Origin: a virus
Taxonomy: Duplodnaviria; Caudoviricetes
Length of the DNA stretch: 64,000 nucleotides
Virus record (IMG/VR): IMGVR_UViG_3300010356_000998
Span: 1-64,000 of that record
Direction: 5' to 3' (one strand)
A program made the translations under genes and the position numbers. The notes beneath the pieces were generated by a model. The model was given only the letters and a program-made list of their open reading frames with translations. It made no database searches and was not told the origin of the DNA. This document shows positions 28,916 to 38,863 of this stretch, piece after piece; position 1 is the first letter of the stretch; every line of letters starts with the position of its first letter.

Positions 28916-30129
28916 AATTTTGTTTTACCTGTGTATGACATTGCTGATTTAATACTATTAATCCAACCCATTAGATACGGTGCCTCGTCTTGTTTATTAG
29001 AACCATTTAACCACTCATTTAAAGTCCATCTAACAGGAATCCATTGAACAGATCCTTCTGACGGTTTAATGTCTTTATAAGGTTCTCCTTGTTTTTCTAC
29101 TTCATAAGTAAATGTATCACTTTCTATTTGAGGTCCAGATAAAATTTTAAGATCTTGAACAGCAGGTTTATATTTGCGCTGCTCCTCTTGTGTACTCATT
29201 CCTGAGTATTTTACCATTAAATAGCTAGAGTATCTTTTTGATGAATTAGTAAAATATTTCAATGGTGTAGATAAATCTGGAAGATTAATTTGAATATAAG
29301 AATCTCTCTTTTTTTGCCATTGTTCAAAAGGAATTACACCTTCTACTTGGTCAATACCTTTTTCACCAGCACTTTCAACACACTGAGCAAACAATTTTCC
29401 AACCATAACTAAATCAGCACCAGCAAACAAAAGTTTATTAATAGCAGCATATCCGTTATCATTAAAACCGTATTTAGTTTCACATTGTTTAATATAAGAT
29501 GAAATACCGTCTGCTATTATTTTAACATTATTAATATTGAATATTTGTTTTTTATCAATTAGTTCATGGCCTCTAAGAAAGGTAGGGTAATTGGTTTTAT
29601 AATTATAACAATCTTTAATCAATTCTCCTAAATCTTCTTGACCCACACCGGTATTAGAAGTAGTATTACAACCACCCCCTCCTCCAATTCCTACACGAAT
29701 ATAATCTACACCAGTTTTAGCTAATTCAACAAAAGCTTCTACAGATGATACATTACCAGCCATGATAATAAGATTACCACCATGTATTTCTTTAGCTTTT
29801 CTAATAGCATCATGTAATGCAGGAATATTTCCATTTGCTGTATCTATACAAACTTTTTTTATTTCTCCTAAAGAACGTTGTCTATTATTAATAAACTCAT
29901 CTTGAAATTCTTGCAAAGAATATGCAATAAAAAATGCATTATTAGATTGTAAATTATAATCTACATTTCTAGGTAAACATACTTGAATCTTATTATCAAG
30001 AAATGTTTGATAATTAGTTTCGTTTACTACACTATACATCGGTGCAGTAATAAGTGGTAAGAAGCCATCCTCGTTGTAAGGATTGGCTTCAGACCTACTA
30101 TTTAAACCTTTATTAGTTTGTTGTATCAT
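28912..30129 (-). CDS. IMP dehydrogenase / GMP reductase family protein
   Basis: ITAPM, IDTANG, AGNV, RVGIGGGGGCNT, IIADG, GADLVMVG, YSGMST, SEG, SAMSYTG. No CBS domains. Confidence 0.85.
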   Translation of the reverse strand: MIQQTNKGLNSRSEANPYNEDGFLPLITAPMYSVVNETNYQTFLDNKIQVCLPRNVDYNLQSNNAFFIAYSLQEFQDEFINNRQRSLGEIKKVCIDTANGNIPALHDAIRKAKEIHGGNLIIMAGNVSSVEAFVELAKTGVDYIRVGIGGGGGCNTTSNTGVGQEDLGELIKDCYNYKTNYPTFLRGHELIDKKQIFNINNVKIIADGISSYIKQCETKYGFNDNGYAAINKLLFAGADLVMVGKLFAQCVESAGEKGIDQVEGVIPFEQWQKKRDSYIQINLPDLSTPLKYFTNSSKRYSSYLMVKYSGMSTQEEQRKYKPAVQDLKILSGPQIESDTFTYEVEKQGEPYKDIKPSEGSVQWIPVRWTLNEWLNGSNKQDEAPYLMGWINSIKSAMSYTGKTKL

Positions 30130-30132
30130 ATT

Positions 30133-30411
30133 TTAAATGTCTGATTTAATAATTATTTCTGCTTTTTGAATACATTTTCCTATTAAAAATCCTATAATGA
30201 ACGCGATTTGTTTAGGATCATTTAATACCGAACTATTTTCTAAATCAATACCTAACTGATTTAAAACTTTATCTATTTCATTATGCCAATATATTAAATT
30301 ATCATGATCCAAATAAGGTGGTGATATTTCAGAATTATCACACAAAATTTTGATAATTTTAATTAAATTATTGTCTGTAGAAATTTCATTATTTAAAAAT
30401 TTTTCAATCAT
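30133..30411 (-). CDS. Hypothetical protein
   Basis: ORF in operon orientation. Confidence 0.5.
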   Translation of the reverse strand: MIEKFLNNEISTDNNLIKIIKILCDNSEISPPYLDHDNLIYWHNEIDKVLNQLGIDLENSSVLNDPKQIAFIIGFLIGKCIQKAEIIIKSDI

Positions 30412-30525
30412 ATTGTATTCATTTATACATTAATTTTATAGCTTCACGTTCTTTTTTTTGTAACACCTATGTTTATTATCCTCCCCATGAATCGTTATCA
30501 AAATCCCAATCTTCGTTCATAAGTA

Positions 30526-30717
30526 TTATTTTTTAGGGTTAAATGATTTCTCCCATTCTAAATTAGAAAGAGGTTTTTGTTCTTTATCGGATTTAGATTT
30601 TCCTTCGTTAACTTTAATTTCTTCATTTCTAGAAAAGTATTGACGACACTGGTCTGTACAATAATCATCGATTTTATCTAAATCTGGACATTTACATAAC
30701 TTACATATAAATTTCAT
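30526..30717 (-). CDS. Small Cys-rich protein
   Basis: CKLCKC...YCTDQC. Confidence 0.5.
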   Translation of the reverse strand: MKFICKLCKCPDLDKIDDYCTDQCRQYFSRNEEIKVNEGKSKSDKEQKPLSNLEWEKSFNPKK

Positions 30718-30807
30718 TAGTTACATTTATTAATAGTTAGTAAAATTAGAATTACTATCGCAAAATAAAAAGTTTGCTTGCAAAGTAAACCAACATCAAT
30801 GGAATCA

Positions 30808-31011
30808 TTAGTTTTCATTATTAAATAATTTATAAAGTAATACTACAAAAAAAAGAGGATTTAATAATTCTACAGCGTCTAGTTTTAACTGATTTTTAGT
30901 ATCGATGTTTGTTTCCGATTTATATAACGTTGCTATAATTAATACGCCAATCATTTGAATGGTGTAAAGTACTATAAACAATGTTAAAAAAAGTGTTGTT
31001 AAAAAGTTCAT
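30808..31011 (-). CDS. Small membrane protein
   Basis: Hydrophobic helices; ATGA coupling to the upstream gene. Confidence 0.5.
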   Translation of the reverse strand: MNFLTTLFLTLFIVLYTIQMIGVLIIATLYKSETNIDTKNQLKLDAVELLNPLFFVVLLYKLFNNEN

Positions 31012-31823
31012 ATAAACCAGGGTAAATTTTTAAGTGAATTAATACGCTTGTGTCCAACATTATAGCGAATATTATGTGGAGCACTTAATAGAAATGTACA
31101 AATACCTGCATTATTCAGTTCAACAAAGTTTTCAAATTTATCATCAACAAATATTTCACATCCACTTTCTTTAGCTACATCTACTTTACTAGCTCCAAAA
31201 GGAACTGAATAAACAGGTCGAGTTGGAAATCCATGCATTTGAATCCATTGTTTAGTTAATTCAACAGGAACACTTCTACTTGTAATGTAGCAATGCGGTT
31301 CAAATGGAATATCGGATGGCTTAATTAAAGCAGGGATATTTAGATAAAAATCATTCAATTCCTCTTCTGTAAATGATTCAAAATGATCTTTATTATTATA
31401 GCTAAAATGCCAATTTTCAGGTATAGAATACCCAAACCTTTCTGTCCATGCTTTAGTCCATGCACATATTACTTCATCAATATCTAATCCAATTTTAGGA
31501 TGATTTAAATAGAAATGAGGTCTATCGTCACCTTCAGGATAGATTGAATAGTAGGCCGATAAAAAATGAGCATTGGCCTGTAAATGATCTGCGTGAAGCA
31601 ATCCGGTTTCTGGGTCATAATCTTCTCCTTTTTCAATTGCTTGTAGATGACGTTTAAGAGAAGCTATTACTTTACTCCATTTCATACCTTTTTCCCAATT
31701 TCTAGGTGCGTATTTTTCAGCACCAACTGTTAATACTTTAGCTAACCCTTCTTGAGCTTTTGGATGAAATAAATCAAATCTTAACTTTCCTTCATTTTTT
31801 CTTTCTCCAGTTCCTTTAGTCAT
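31008..31823 (-). CDS. dATP/dGTP diphosphohydrolase (DUF5664) fused to a HAD 5'-nucleotidase-like domain
   Basis: N-terminal GKLRFDL...GAEKYAPRNWEKG...RHL...DPETGLLHADH. C-terminal GLDIDEV, ITSR, FVDD. Confidence 0.85.
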   Translation of the reverse strand: MTKGTGERKNEGKLRFDLFHPKAQEGLAKVLTVGAEKYAPRNWEKGMKWSKVIASLKRHLQAIEKGEDYDPETGLLHADHLQANAHFLSAYYSIYPEGDDRPHFYLNHPKIGLDIDEVICAWTKAWTERFGYSIPENWHFSYNNKDHFESFTEEELNDFYLNIPALIKPSDIPFEPHCYITSRSVPVELTKQWIQMHGFPTRPVYSVPFGASKVDVAKESGCEIFVDDKFENFVELNNAGICTFLLSAPHNIRYNVGHKRINSLKNLPWFI

Positions 31824-32511
31824 ACGATGTTTTTATATGTGTAATTATTAACTCTGTTCTAGGTTCGTAACCGAATCTACGAGTAACTCTATCATATTTT
31901 AGACTACTGGAATATACTGTAGAAAACTTTCTAACACGATATGTTTTTTTATTTGATTCTAGTATTTTTATAAAATTCTCAACATTGTAATTACCGTGAT
32001 CAATTATATCATAATCAAAGTTAACTAAATATTTTTTTTCAACAGGTTTAACTTTCTTTTTAATTACTTTATAATTTTTACCAAAATTAAATTTAACATA
32101 AGGTTTGTACAGCTTTATAATATCGTTTTCAATATAATATCTTTCCCAAAATCTCGCTGTACTTCTTACAGTATCTAATAGTATTTGAGGTTCTCCAAAA
32201 CGATTTACAAATTGACCATTTCTATTTTTATACCAAACGGCATTATAAATTTTATAATGATATTCTTGAGGAATTTTATTACATAATTTTTTACAAACGT
32301 CATTCCAGCTTTTACCAACATTATATTTTAACATTTTATGAATAGTTTTATAAAATAAATCTTTTCCATAATTTTTATCAATAATATAACGTTTAAATTT
32401 TTTATATTGATTAGATTCTTTTTTTAATATATTTTCTTGTAATAATTCGGATTCCACCAAAGGATTTGATATGTTTAATTTCTTTTTCATGTCTTTTATT
32501 TTTACAATCAT
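31816..32511 (-). CDS. Hypothetical basic protein
   Basis: 231-aa ORF in operon. Confidence 0.5.
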   Translation of the reverse strand: MIVKIKDMKKKLNISNPLVESELLQENILKKESNQYKKFKRYIIDKNYGKDLFYKTIHKMLKYNVGKSWNDVCKKLCNKIPQEYHYKIYNAVWYKNRNGQFVNRFGEPQILLDTVRSTARFWERYYIENDIIKLYKPYVKFNFGKNYKVIKKKVKPVEKKYLVNFDYDIIDHGNYNVENFIKILESNKKTYRVRKFSTVYSSSLKYDRVTRRFGYEPRTELIITHIKTSYD

Positions 32512-32582
32512 TAGAACATATTATTTCTTGTCCGTTTGGTCCACCTACATAGAAGCATTTATTACACATAATTATTTAAATT

Positions 32583-32616
32583 AAAAAAAGACAGGAGCTT
32601 TTACACTCCTGTCTTT
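32583..32616 (-). terminator. Intrinsic terminator
   Basis: AAAGACAGGAG-loop-CTCCTGTCTTT, with a T tract on the - strand just after the MazG-like gene. Confidence 0.75.
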
Positions 32617-32623
32617 GTTAGTT

Positions 32624-33163
32624 TTATTGATCTTCTTTGCGATTATTAGCCGCTGCGTCAGAATAAGTTTCTGGAAATCTTTTTGCTAGTTTATCAATAT
32701 TTTCTGTAAATATTTTTTCAATTTTAAACGGGAATTCAATTTCAACCCACATAATAATATTGTAAATAGCTTCTTGAAGTTGTTGCCAAGGAGTGTATCC
32801 TGTTTTATCAGGTTGATCAACTGGACGATTATACACCCAAGTAGATTTAGCGATAGACAATACTCTTTCGACTGCATATTTAATACTAGTTTTTCTAAAA
32901 TTATCACCTCTTGAAAAGTCAAGACCTGTAAAGTGAGCTAAACCAGCAGTATACCAAAGAATATCTCCAAGTTCATGCATTAATTCTTCAGTTTTAGCAA
33001 TTTGTTCTTCTACCGAACTTGCTAATTTTGATTTTTCCAAAGCTTGAAGAATTTCAAAATATTCACTAGAAATACCTAGTGCCATGTGTACAATATTTTC
33101 ATTTTCATTGTTAAGAGATTTACACGTCCTCAACGCAAGTAGTTGATAATCATTAAATGTCAT
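32624..33163 (-). CDS. MazG-like NTP pyrophosphohydrolase
   Basis: MTFNDYQ..A.RT, LGISSEYFE, ELGDILWY, ENIDKLAKRFP. Confidence 0.85.
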   Translation of the reverse strand: MTFNDYQLLALRTCKSLNNENENIVHMALGISSEYFEILQALEKSKLASSVEEQIAKTEELMHELGDILWYTAGLAHFTGLDFSRGDNFRKTSIKYAVERVLSIAKSTWVYNRPVDQPDKTGYTPWQQLQEAIYNIIMWVEIEFPFKIEKIFTENIDKLAKRFPETYSDAAANNRKEDQ

Positions 33164-33785
33164 ATCGTAAGATTTCGTTTTTTAAATTTGGAGGAAAATC
33201 CAATTCTGCATCAATTAAATCATCGTTTGTAATTTTCAATTTCCCAAATTCATTTTCTAACTTTTTTATAAAGATTGGAATATGTTCTTTATCTTTTGTT
33301 AAAACCATCCATTGTTCTGTTTTATTTTTTCTTATTGTTTTAGGAAACCATTTCTTTAATTCTTCTTCTGAATACATTTTAGAATATTGGCCTTCTAAAA
33401 AGTATTTTAATTTTTCTGGAAACGGTAGTTTAAAAACTATAACATGAAGGTGTCCAGTTTTGTTACTATCATAACAATAATCTGTAACATAAGAATAATG
33501 ATTTTGAAAAAAAGAAAGAGATTTCTGAAATTGTTTTCTTGATTCTAATTGATCTACATAAATATTATATCGTTTTTCACCGTTAACATCAATCAGAGCA
33601 TAAATGTGCGGCTCAATCTTTTTTGAACCTGTTTTATAATCTTGAACAGCATATACTAAAACTTGGTTATTTTTTATATGGTGCATAAATTCTTCACCGT
33701 AATGTTGAACTTGCTGCACTAAATACTTTCTTGTTTGATTTATATGAACTGTATCAAGACTAATAGATTGATTAGAATAGTACAT
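33153..33785 (-). CDS. Conserved crAss-like hypothetical protein
   Basis: F.EGQYSKMYS motif; in the replication operon. Confidence 0.55.
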   Translation of the reverse strand: MYYSNQSISLDTVHINQTRKYLVQQVQHYGEEFMHHIKNNQVLVYAVQDYKTGSKKIEPHIYALIDVNGEKRYNIYVDQLESRKQFQKSLSFFQNHYSYVTDYCYDSNKTGHLHVIVFKLPFPEKLKYFLEGQYSKMYSEEELKKWFPKTIRKNKTEQWMVLTKDKEHIPIFIKKLENEFGKLKITNDDLIDAELDFPPNLKNEILRYDI

Positions 33786-33790
33786 TGTAC

Positions 33791-34189
33791 TTAGAGTATT
33801 TCTATAACAGGGGGTAACTCGCCCCTTCTAAATCGAAAATAATCTTCTAGTGTTAAAGTAACTGTAGTATGTTGATTTCCTCTTTTAGAACCTCTACCAA
33901 CATCAATATTATGAATTAATAATATTGGATAATCATGAAGACGACTAGATTCTCCGTAATATTTGTTAATATTTGATTTAATATTTTCATATATTTCTTC
34001 AAATCTAGGTCGTCTTGTTTCATATCCAGCTTTACATTGAACTAACGCATCTGTACCTACAATGTCAATACCACAATCGTCTAATTTTTTTGAAGAAGCT
34101 CTTGTAGTTTTAACATCGTGATTTAATCGTTCTTTAAATTGTTTTACAACAATTCTTTCAAAATTATGACCTTTTCTTCTTTGATTCAT
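33791..34189 (-). CDS. Holliday junction resolvase-like PD-(D/E)xK nuclease
   Basis: RRKGHNFER, DDCGIDI, VQCK. Confidence 0.75.
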   Translation of the reverse strand: MNQRRKGHNFERIVVKQFKERLNHDVKTTRASSKKLDDCGIDIVGTDALVQCKAGYETRRPRFEEIYENIKSNINKYYGESSRLHDYPILLIHNIDVGRGSKRGNQHTTVTLTLEDYFRFRRGELPPVIEIL

Positions 34190-35696
34190 ACTCTTCGTAA
34201 TTCAATATAGATATATTATTGATCGCGAAATTAAAAGTATGATCATTTTTAAACATTTTAAATAAATCTGTTCCTGGATGAATTACATCACTAATGTTTT
34301 GTGATTTCATGTGATTGATATAATCAATTATGTATTCATATAAAAACATACCTTCTTTAGTATTATCTGCATAACATTCTTTAAGAATATCGTCTAATGT
34401 AATTTTATCGTAACCAGTTAATATTTTAATAATATTTTTTTCAGTATATTTAATAATAGCTGTACAAATAAAAATCCAAATCAAAGCTTTAATTGGATTA
34501 ACTGTTCCTTGATGTAATCTGAACTCGATTCGTGAAGATTCTTTTGGTCCAAAATATAAAGGAATAAAATTAAGACTAAAATATCGATTTTTCCATTCCC
34601 ATTTAGGAGAACCTTCCTTTATATGTTTTCTTGTTTCTAAATTACAATTATTATCATAAACCCCTTCATTTAACATTGTAAAAATTAATTTATCTGATTC
34701 TTTAATAGCTTGTGTTACAATATCTGGACTTATTCCAGTATATCGTTTAACAATTCCCAATGCTTCTAATGGTTTACAATGATCTTTAGCCCCACCAAGT
34801 TTACTTAAAAAGTAATTTAGATCTCTTTTATACAGAGGTATAAACTGTAACAATTCTTGTTGAATACGATAATAAATATTATACAACGCTACTCTAAAAT
34901 TAGCATTATTATCAAAACCTGAAATATTTAAATGCAGAGAATTATTAGCCGTACATCTTGTATATTTAGAAAGTGTTGTATAAAGATTTTTCCAAAAATT
35001 AAAAGATGGTTTTTGAACAAGTGTTGTAATTTCAATACCTCTAATACTCCCATCTTTTAAAGGCAGACATCCATACTTATAATAATATTTTTCAGGCAAC
35101 CATCCACCATCAGTTTCTATTTCTTGACCAATATTATAATTAAAGAAATATTTGTCAAAGACAGATTTTGGAGTATTTTCCAATGTTTTTAACATTTCTT
35201 CTTTTATAATATTTTTTATTTCTTCAGGATAATCGCAAGAATTATATATATCTGTTTTAAGAGTATTGTATGTTGGTTTAATTCTACCTTCTAAAGAAGG
35301 TTCTAAATAGTTTACATATTTCCTTTCTGTGTAAATACCTTTAGCAAAATCATAATATAACCCATGTATTTTAATAGCTTTTTCATTTTGAACAACAAAT
35401 TCATCTTTTCCTAAAAAATTATCATAAGCGTCAGGTTTAAAATAACCTATTTTTCCGTTATCCATGTATCCATAAACAAGATTCTTTTTTAAATCATAAC
35501 AGTTATCGTAATCATTCCATTCAATTCTTCCAGTGGTACTTCTGTAATAAGTACCATCAATATCATAACAATGTCCACTATTTTTAACATTACGATCACC
35601 TATTAAATAATAATTGTTATCGATTTTTTTTGTTTTATTACGAGGATGTTCTTCCCCATTGTAACATATAACTGTGGTAGTGGTATTTTTTGTCAT
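34164..35696 (-). CDS. Putative amidoligase (COOH-NH2 ligase, Amidoligase_2-like)
   Basis: GQEIET, DGSI.GIEIT, SLHLNIS, RYFSLNF, IEFRLHQGT. Confidence 0.75.
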   Translation of the reverse strand: MTKNTTTTVICYNGEEHPRNKTKKIDNNYYLIGDRNVKNSGHCYDIDGTYYRSTTGRIEWNDYDNCYDLKKNLVYGYMDNGKIGYFKPDAYDNFLGKDEFVVQNEKAIKIHGLYYDFAKGIYTERKYVNYLEPSLEGRIKPTYNTLKTDIYNSCDYPEEIKNIIKEEMLKTLENTPKSVFDKYFFNYNIGQEIETDGGWLPEKYYYKYGCLPLKDGSIRGIEITTLVQKPSFNFWKNLYTTLSKYTRCTANNSLHLNISGFDNNANFRVALYNIYYRIQQELLQFIPLYKRDLNYFLSKLGGAKDHCKPLEALGIVKRYTGISPDIVTQAIKESDKLIFTMLNEGVYDNNCNLETRKHIKEGSPKWEWKNRYFSLNFIPLYFGPKESSRIEFRLHQGTVNPIKALIWIFICTAIIKYTEKNIIKILTGYDKITLDDILKECYADNTKEGMFLYEYIIDYINHMKSQNISDVIHPGTDLFKMFKNDHTFNFAINNISILNYEEYESKKKRS

Positions 35697-35911
35697 ATAC
35701 TTAAAATAAATCTTAAATGTGCTAATTCAGATTTTTCTTCTAACTTTAATACTTTTTCTATTATTTGAAATTTTAAATAATTTACATTTAGAGTATTGTA
35801 AAAACCTGAAAACTCTGCTAAAATATTATTAACTTCTTTTTCTATCAGCCCTTTTTCAATCTCTAAATCCCGATTCATTAAGTCGTGTTCCAAAGTTAAT
35901 TCAGAGGTCAT
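35693..35911 (-). CDS. Hypothetical protein
   Basis: Small ORF inside the amidoligase cluster. Confidence 0.5.
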   Translation of the reverse strand: MTSELTLEHDLMNRDLEIEKGLIEKEVNNILAEFSGFYNTLNVNYLKFQIIEKVLKLEEKSELAHLRFILSI

Positions 35912-35913
35912 AT

Positions 35914-37266
35914 TTACTGAAAAAGGGCTGTTTGAAAAGAATCTAACCGAATGTCATCTTCGTTAGAATATGCGTTAATCAATTTAATGTTATCAGCAGC
36001 TGTTATATCAGCTATTTCTTCATATTCAATACCTTTATAAGACAGTTTATACTTAAAGCAAGACCATTTAGGTTGAACCCATGTAGTATAAGGTACTGAT
36101 ACACCATCTTTATAAAGTGCTGCTGAAGTCCCAGAAGAATATAATCGCATATATATTGATTCTCGATGTATCATTTGAGCAAAATCATAAATTGTATAAT
36201 CATAATGACTTTTATTTGCCTTTAAAAGGTCTTGATAAATAGAATAATTTTTTATCAAAAATCCTTTGTAAAAGAAATATATATCATCTCTGTTTAAATT
36301 AGTTACAACATAATTATTGTAAGTTTTTTCAGAAATCCAGTTTGAATCTCCTTTTTCATCCACAGAATATATACCGTTTATCAAGTGCCCATTTTTATAA
36401 TAAGAACCTCTCCAATAGTAAATTAAATTACCATATTTATTTTGAGGAGATGGTTCCATTGATAAAACTACCTTATTATAATTGTTGTTATTATAATTTG
36501 GATAACTTGACCAATCATTATTAGTATAAGATGAGTATGAGTATGTGATATGAGATCTGTCAATATCTATCCTACTAACTTCTTCAGCATTATTATTAAA
36601 TCCAATTAATACATTAGCAGGAAATTCTTCAACACCGTCTTGAGTATTTAAAGCAGTTACTAAACCTTCAGCTGTAGAATTAAAATATAATAAACCAGGT
36701 TTCTTGTAAATATGCAAAGGACGTTCATCCTTTGTAACTTTATCAGCTTCGCATTGCGAAGAACCTTTAAATAAATAAAGGATACCTTTTTTAACATCGT
36801 AGGCAGCGACTGCTGCAAAACCCTCATACTCACTTAAAATCTTAGAACCTTGTTCGTATAATAATTTACCAAAAAAGTAACTATCTGTTTTTGAAGAAGA
36901 ATGTTCAATATTATATTTTTTACATAATTCGGCAATATTTTTAATAGTACCATTATGCATAAAAATAAGATGACGATCTTTAATATAATCATATTCATAA
37001 GGATGTGCATTATCTACATTTACAACACCTATGGTTTTAGACCGATTATGTGTTATAAATACGTTTTCATTATTTTTTTTAGAATGATGAATACACACTC
37101 CGTTTAATATTTCTAAGCTATCACCTGGAGATGCGAATTTGTAAACTTTATTGTTAAAGTAAAAACCAGTAGAGTCAGTACCTCGCAATCTACCAATAAT
37201 TGCTAACATTTTCAAAATAGTAATGTTTCCTTTTTTTTTACCTATATATCCAGATATATTACACAT
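35914..37266 (-). CDS. Class II (Ntn) glutamine amidotransferase domain protein
   Basis: N-terminal M-C nucleophile (MCNISG), RGTDSTG, HNR..T.G, NAHPY, HNGTI, TDS. Confidence 0.85.
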   Translation of the reverse strand: MCNISGYIGKKKGNITILKMLAIIGRLRGTDSTGFYFNNKVYKFASPGDSLEILNGVCIHHSKKNNENVFITHNRSKTIGVVNVDNAHPYEYDYIKDRHLIFMHNGTIKNIAELCKKYNIEHSSSKTDSYFFGKLLYEQGSKILSEYEGFAAVAAYDVKKGILYLFKGSSQCEADKVTKDERPLHIYKKPGLLYFNSTAEGLVTALNTQDGVEEFPANVLIGFNNNAEEVSRIDIDRSHITYSYSSYTNNDWSSYPNYNNNNYNKVVLSMEPSPQNKYGNLIYYWRGSYYKNGHLINGIYSVDEKGDSNWISEKTYNNYVVTNLNRDDIYFFYKGFLIKNYSIYQDLLKANKSHYDYTIYDFAQMIHRESIYMRLYSSGTSAALYKDGVSVPYTTWVQPKWSCFKYKLSYKGIEYEEIADITAADNIKLINAYSNEDDIRLDSFQTALFQ

Positions 37267-38029
37267 TTGCAATTAATTTAGTTAAAACTTCTTTATATTT
37301 TACTGCGGTGGTTTCTCCAAATGAAGGAGCTGAATTTATTTCACAAATAATAAAATCTGGATCACTACCATCTTCTTTTGAACTTTGAACTCTTACATCA
37401 CAAGCTCCTAAATCTAAACCTACTGAGTTCAGAGCTTTTACACATTCTGTTTCAATAGTTTTCCAATTAACAGGTTTATCAAATAATGGATTTTCTTCTT
37501 TTATCCATACACAATTACTATCATTTCTATACCATCTATGTTCAGCATTTTGTTTTAACATTTTTCTACAAGTATAAAAACAACCATCTTTACTTACATG
37601 TAGTCTATATTCACGATTGTAATTATAATATTTTTCTACAATGTAAGCACCATAACCTTTTTCTCTAAAGAATTGCTTTACTTCTTCAAGATTATTTTTT
37701 AAATATAAACCACGACCACGAGATCCACGATATGATTTAATAATCATTTTTTTATCTTGAAGTCTATTTTCTACAGCCCATATATTCAATTCTTCTTCAT
37801 TTAAAGGATTACAGTATATAGCTGTTTTAACATTATTTTCAATAAATAATTCTTTCATTACTTTTTTATTAGCTGAGTTCATACAAGCATCTACTGTATT
37901 TATTTCTTTAAATTCAGGAGGCATTATTGTAAAAGAACCTAGTCTAAATACTACTTTTTTTGTAGTAGGGATTGCTTTTCTTAAAACATCATGCGATGGA
38001 TGTCTAGATCTTATTTTCAAAAATCTCAT
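37259..38029 (-). CDS. ATP-grasp ligase (RimK-like)
   Basis: GSRGRG, EKY...REYRLHV, GLDLGACDV, EINSAPS. Confidence 0.85.
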   Translation of the reverse strand: MRFLKIRSRHPSHDVLRKAIPTTKKVVFRLGSFTIMPPEFKEINTVDACMNSANKKVMKELFIENNVKTAIYCNPLNEEELNIWAVENRLQDKKMIIKSYRGSRGRGLYLKNNLEEVKQFFREKGYGAYIVEKYYNYNREYRLHVSKDGCFYTCRKMLKQNAEHRWYRNDSNCVWIKEENPLFDKPVNWKTIETECVKALNSVGLDLGACDVRVQSSKEDGSDPDFIICEINSAPSFGETTAVKYKEVLTKLIANV

Positions 38030-38858
38030 AATTTACAATGTTAGGTAAAGAAATATTTAATTGTTTAGTAAATTCAACAGCGGCATTATAATCTCCAGAA
38101 TTTATAATATTTTGAGCTTTTTCAGCTAATTCTTCAAATACATCTGTCCAATTATTCGCTGCATTAATAGCATCCATAACTCTGTCATAGCACCAGCCTA
38201 CAGTTTCTTCGTTTTTTGACATCGCTCCTCCCAATGTTCTATATTCTACAATGGTAATTTGATTGTTCAGGCGTCTAAATCTAAAATCACCGGCGTTTCC
38301 ATAAATATTTCTACGATCACTATCAGTATCTATAATAATACTACCTACACCACAATAAATATCCATAGCTTTAATAATTTTTTCAAAAGCGTGTACATGA
38401 TTGGTATCGCATTCAAATCCAATATGAATATGAAAACCAAACGATCTAAGATTACCTACTTCAGCAGGGGTAGGTCTTGGAGAAACTCCGCCAGTATATA
38501 CACAGAATGAAGGATCACAACCAAATTGTTTAGCTGTACGTGATGCTAATTCAGATCTATCAAATCTTGCACTACTTACAGAACGAATATGCCAATTAGG
38601 CTGAGTCTCTTGTAATTTAGCATTAACTAGTTTTTTAATATTCATTATACTGTTAACAAAATCTTCTTTAGTTTTAGTGGGTGGTACACAACCTTCTACA
38701 CCAACATTATCTATCTGAATAGAATACTCTCCATTTTCTGTAAGTGGGTAAGGATCGTTCTTTGTACCTGGAATAAAACCAACAGCACTACGAGGAATAC
38801 CGTTTTCATCAAATGCTCCAAATTCAGGATCGCTACCTAATGTGATATTTTTAATCAT
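38004..38858 (-). CDS. phiEco32-like COOH-NH2 ligase type 2
   Basis: LGSDPEF, DNVGVE, FGCDP, LRSFGFHIHIG, YGNAGDFR, VEYRTL. Confidence 0.88.
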   Translation of the reverse strand: MIKNITLGSDPEFGAFDENGIPRSAVGFIPGTKNDPYPLTENGEYSIQIDNVGVEGCVPPTKTKEDFVNSIMNIKKLVNAKLQETQPNWHIRSVSSARFDRSELASRTAKQFGCDPSFCVYTGGVSPRPTPAEVGNLRSFGFHIHIGFECDTNHVHAFEKIIKAMDIYCGVGSIIIDTDSDRRNIYGNAGDFRFRRLNNQITIVEYRTLGGAMSKNEETVGWCYDRVMDAINAANNWTDVFEELAEKAQNIINSGDYNAAVEFTKQLNISLPNIVNYEIFENKI

Positions 38859-38863
38859 TGTTT

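Noticed and set aside
28912-33163. Z-genome or 7-deazaguanine DNA modification pathway
   Set aside because: No purZ, dpdA, queC/D/E or folE is recognisable in this window; DUF5664 and MazG alone are insufficient.
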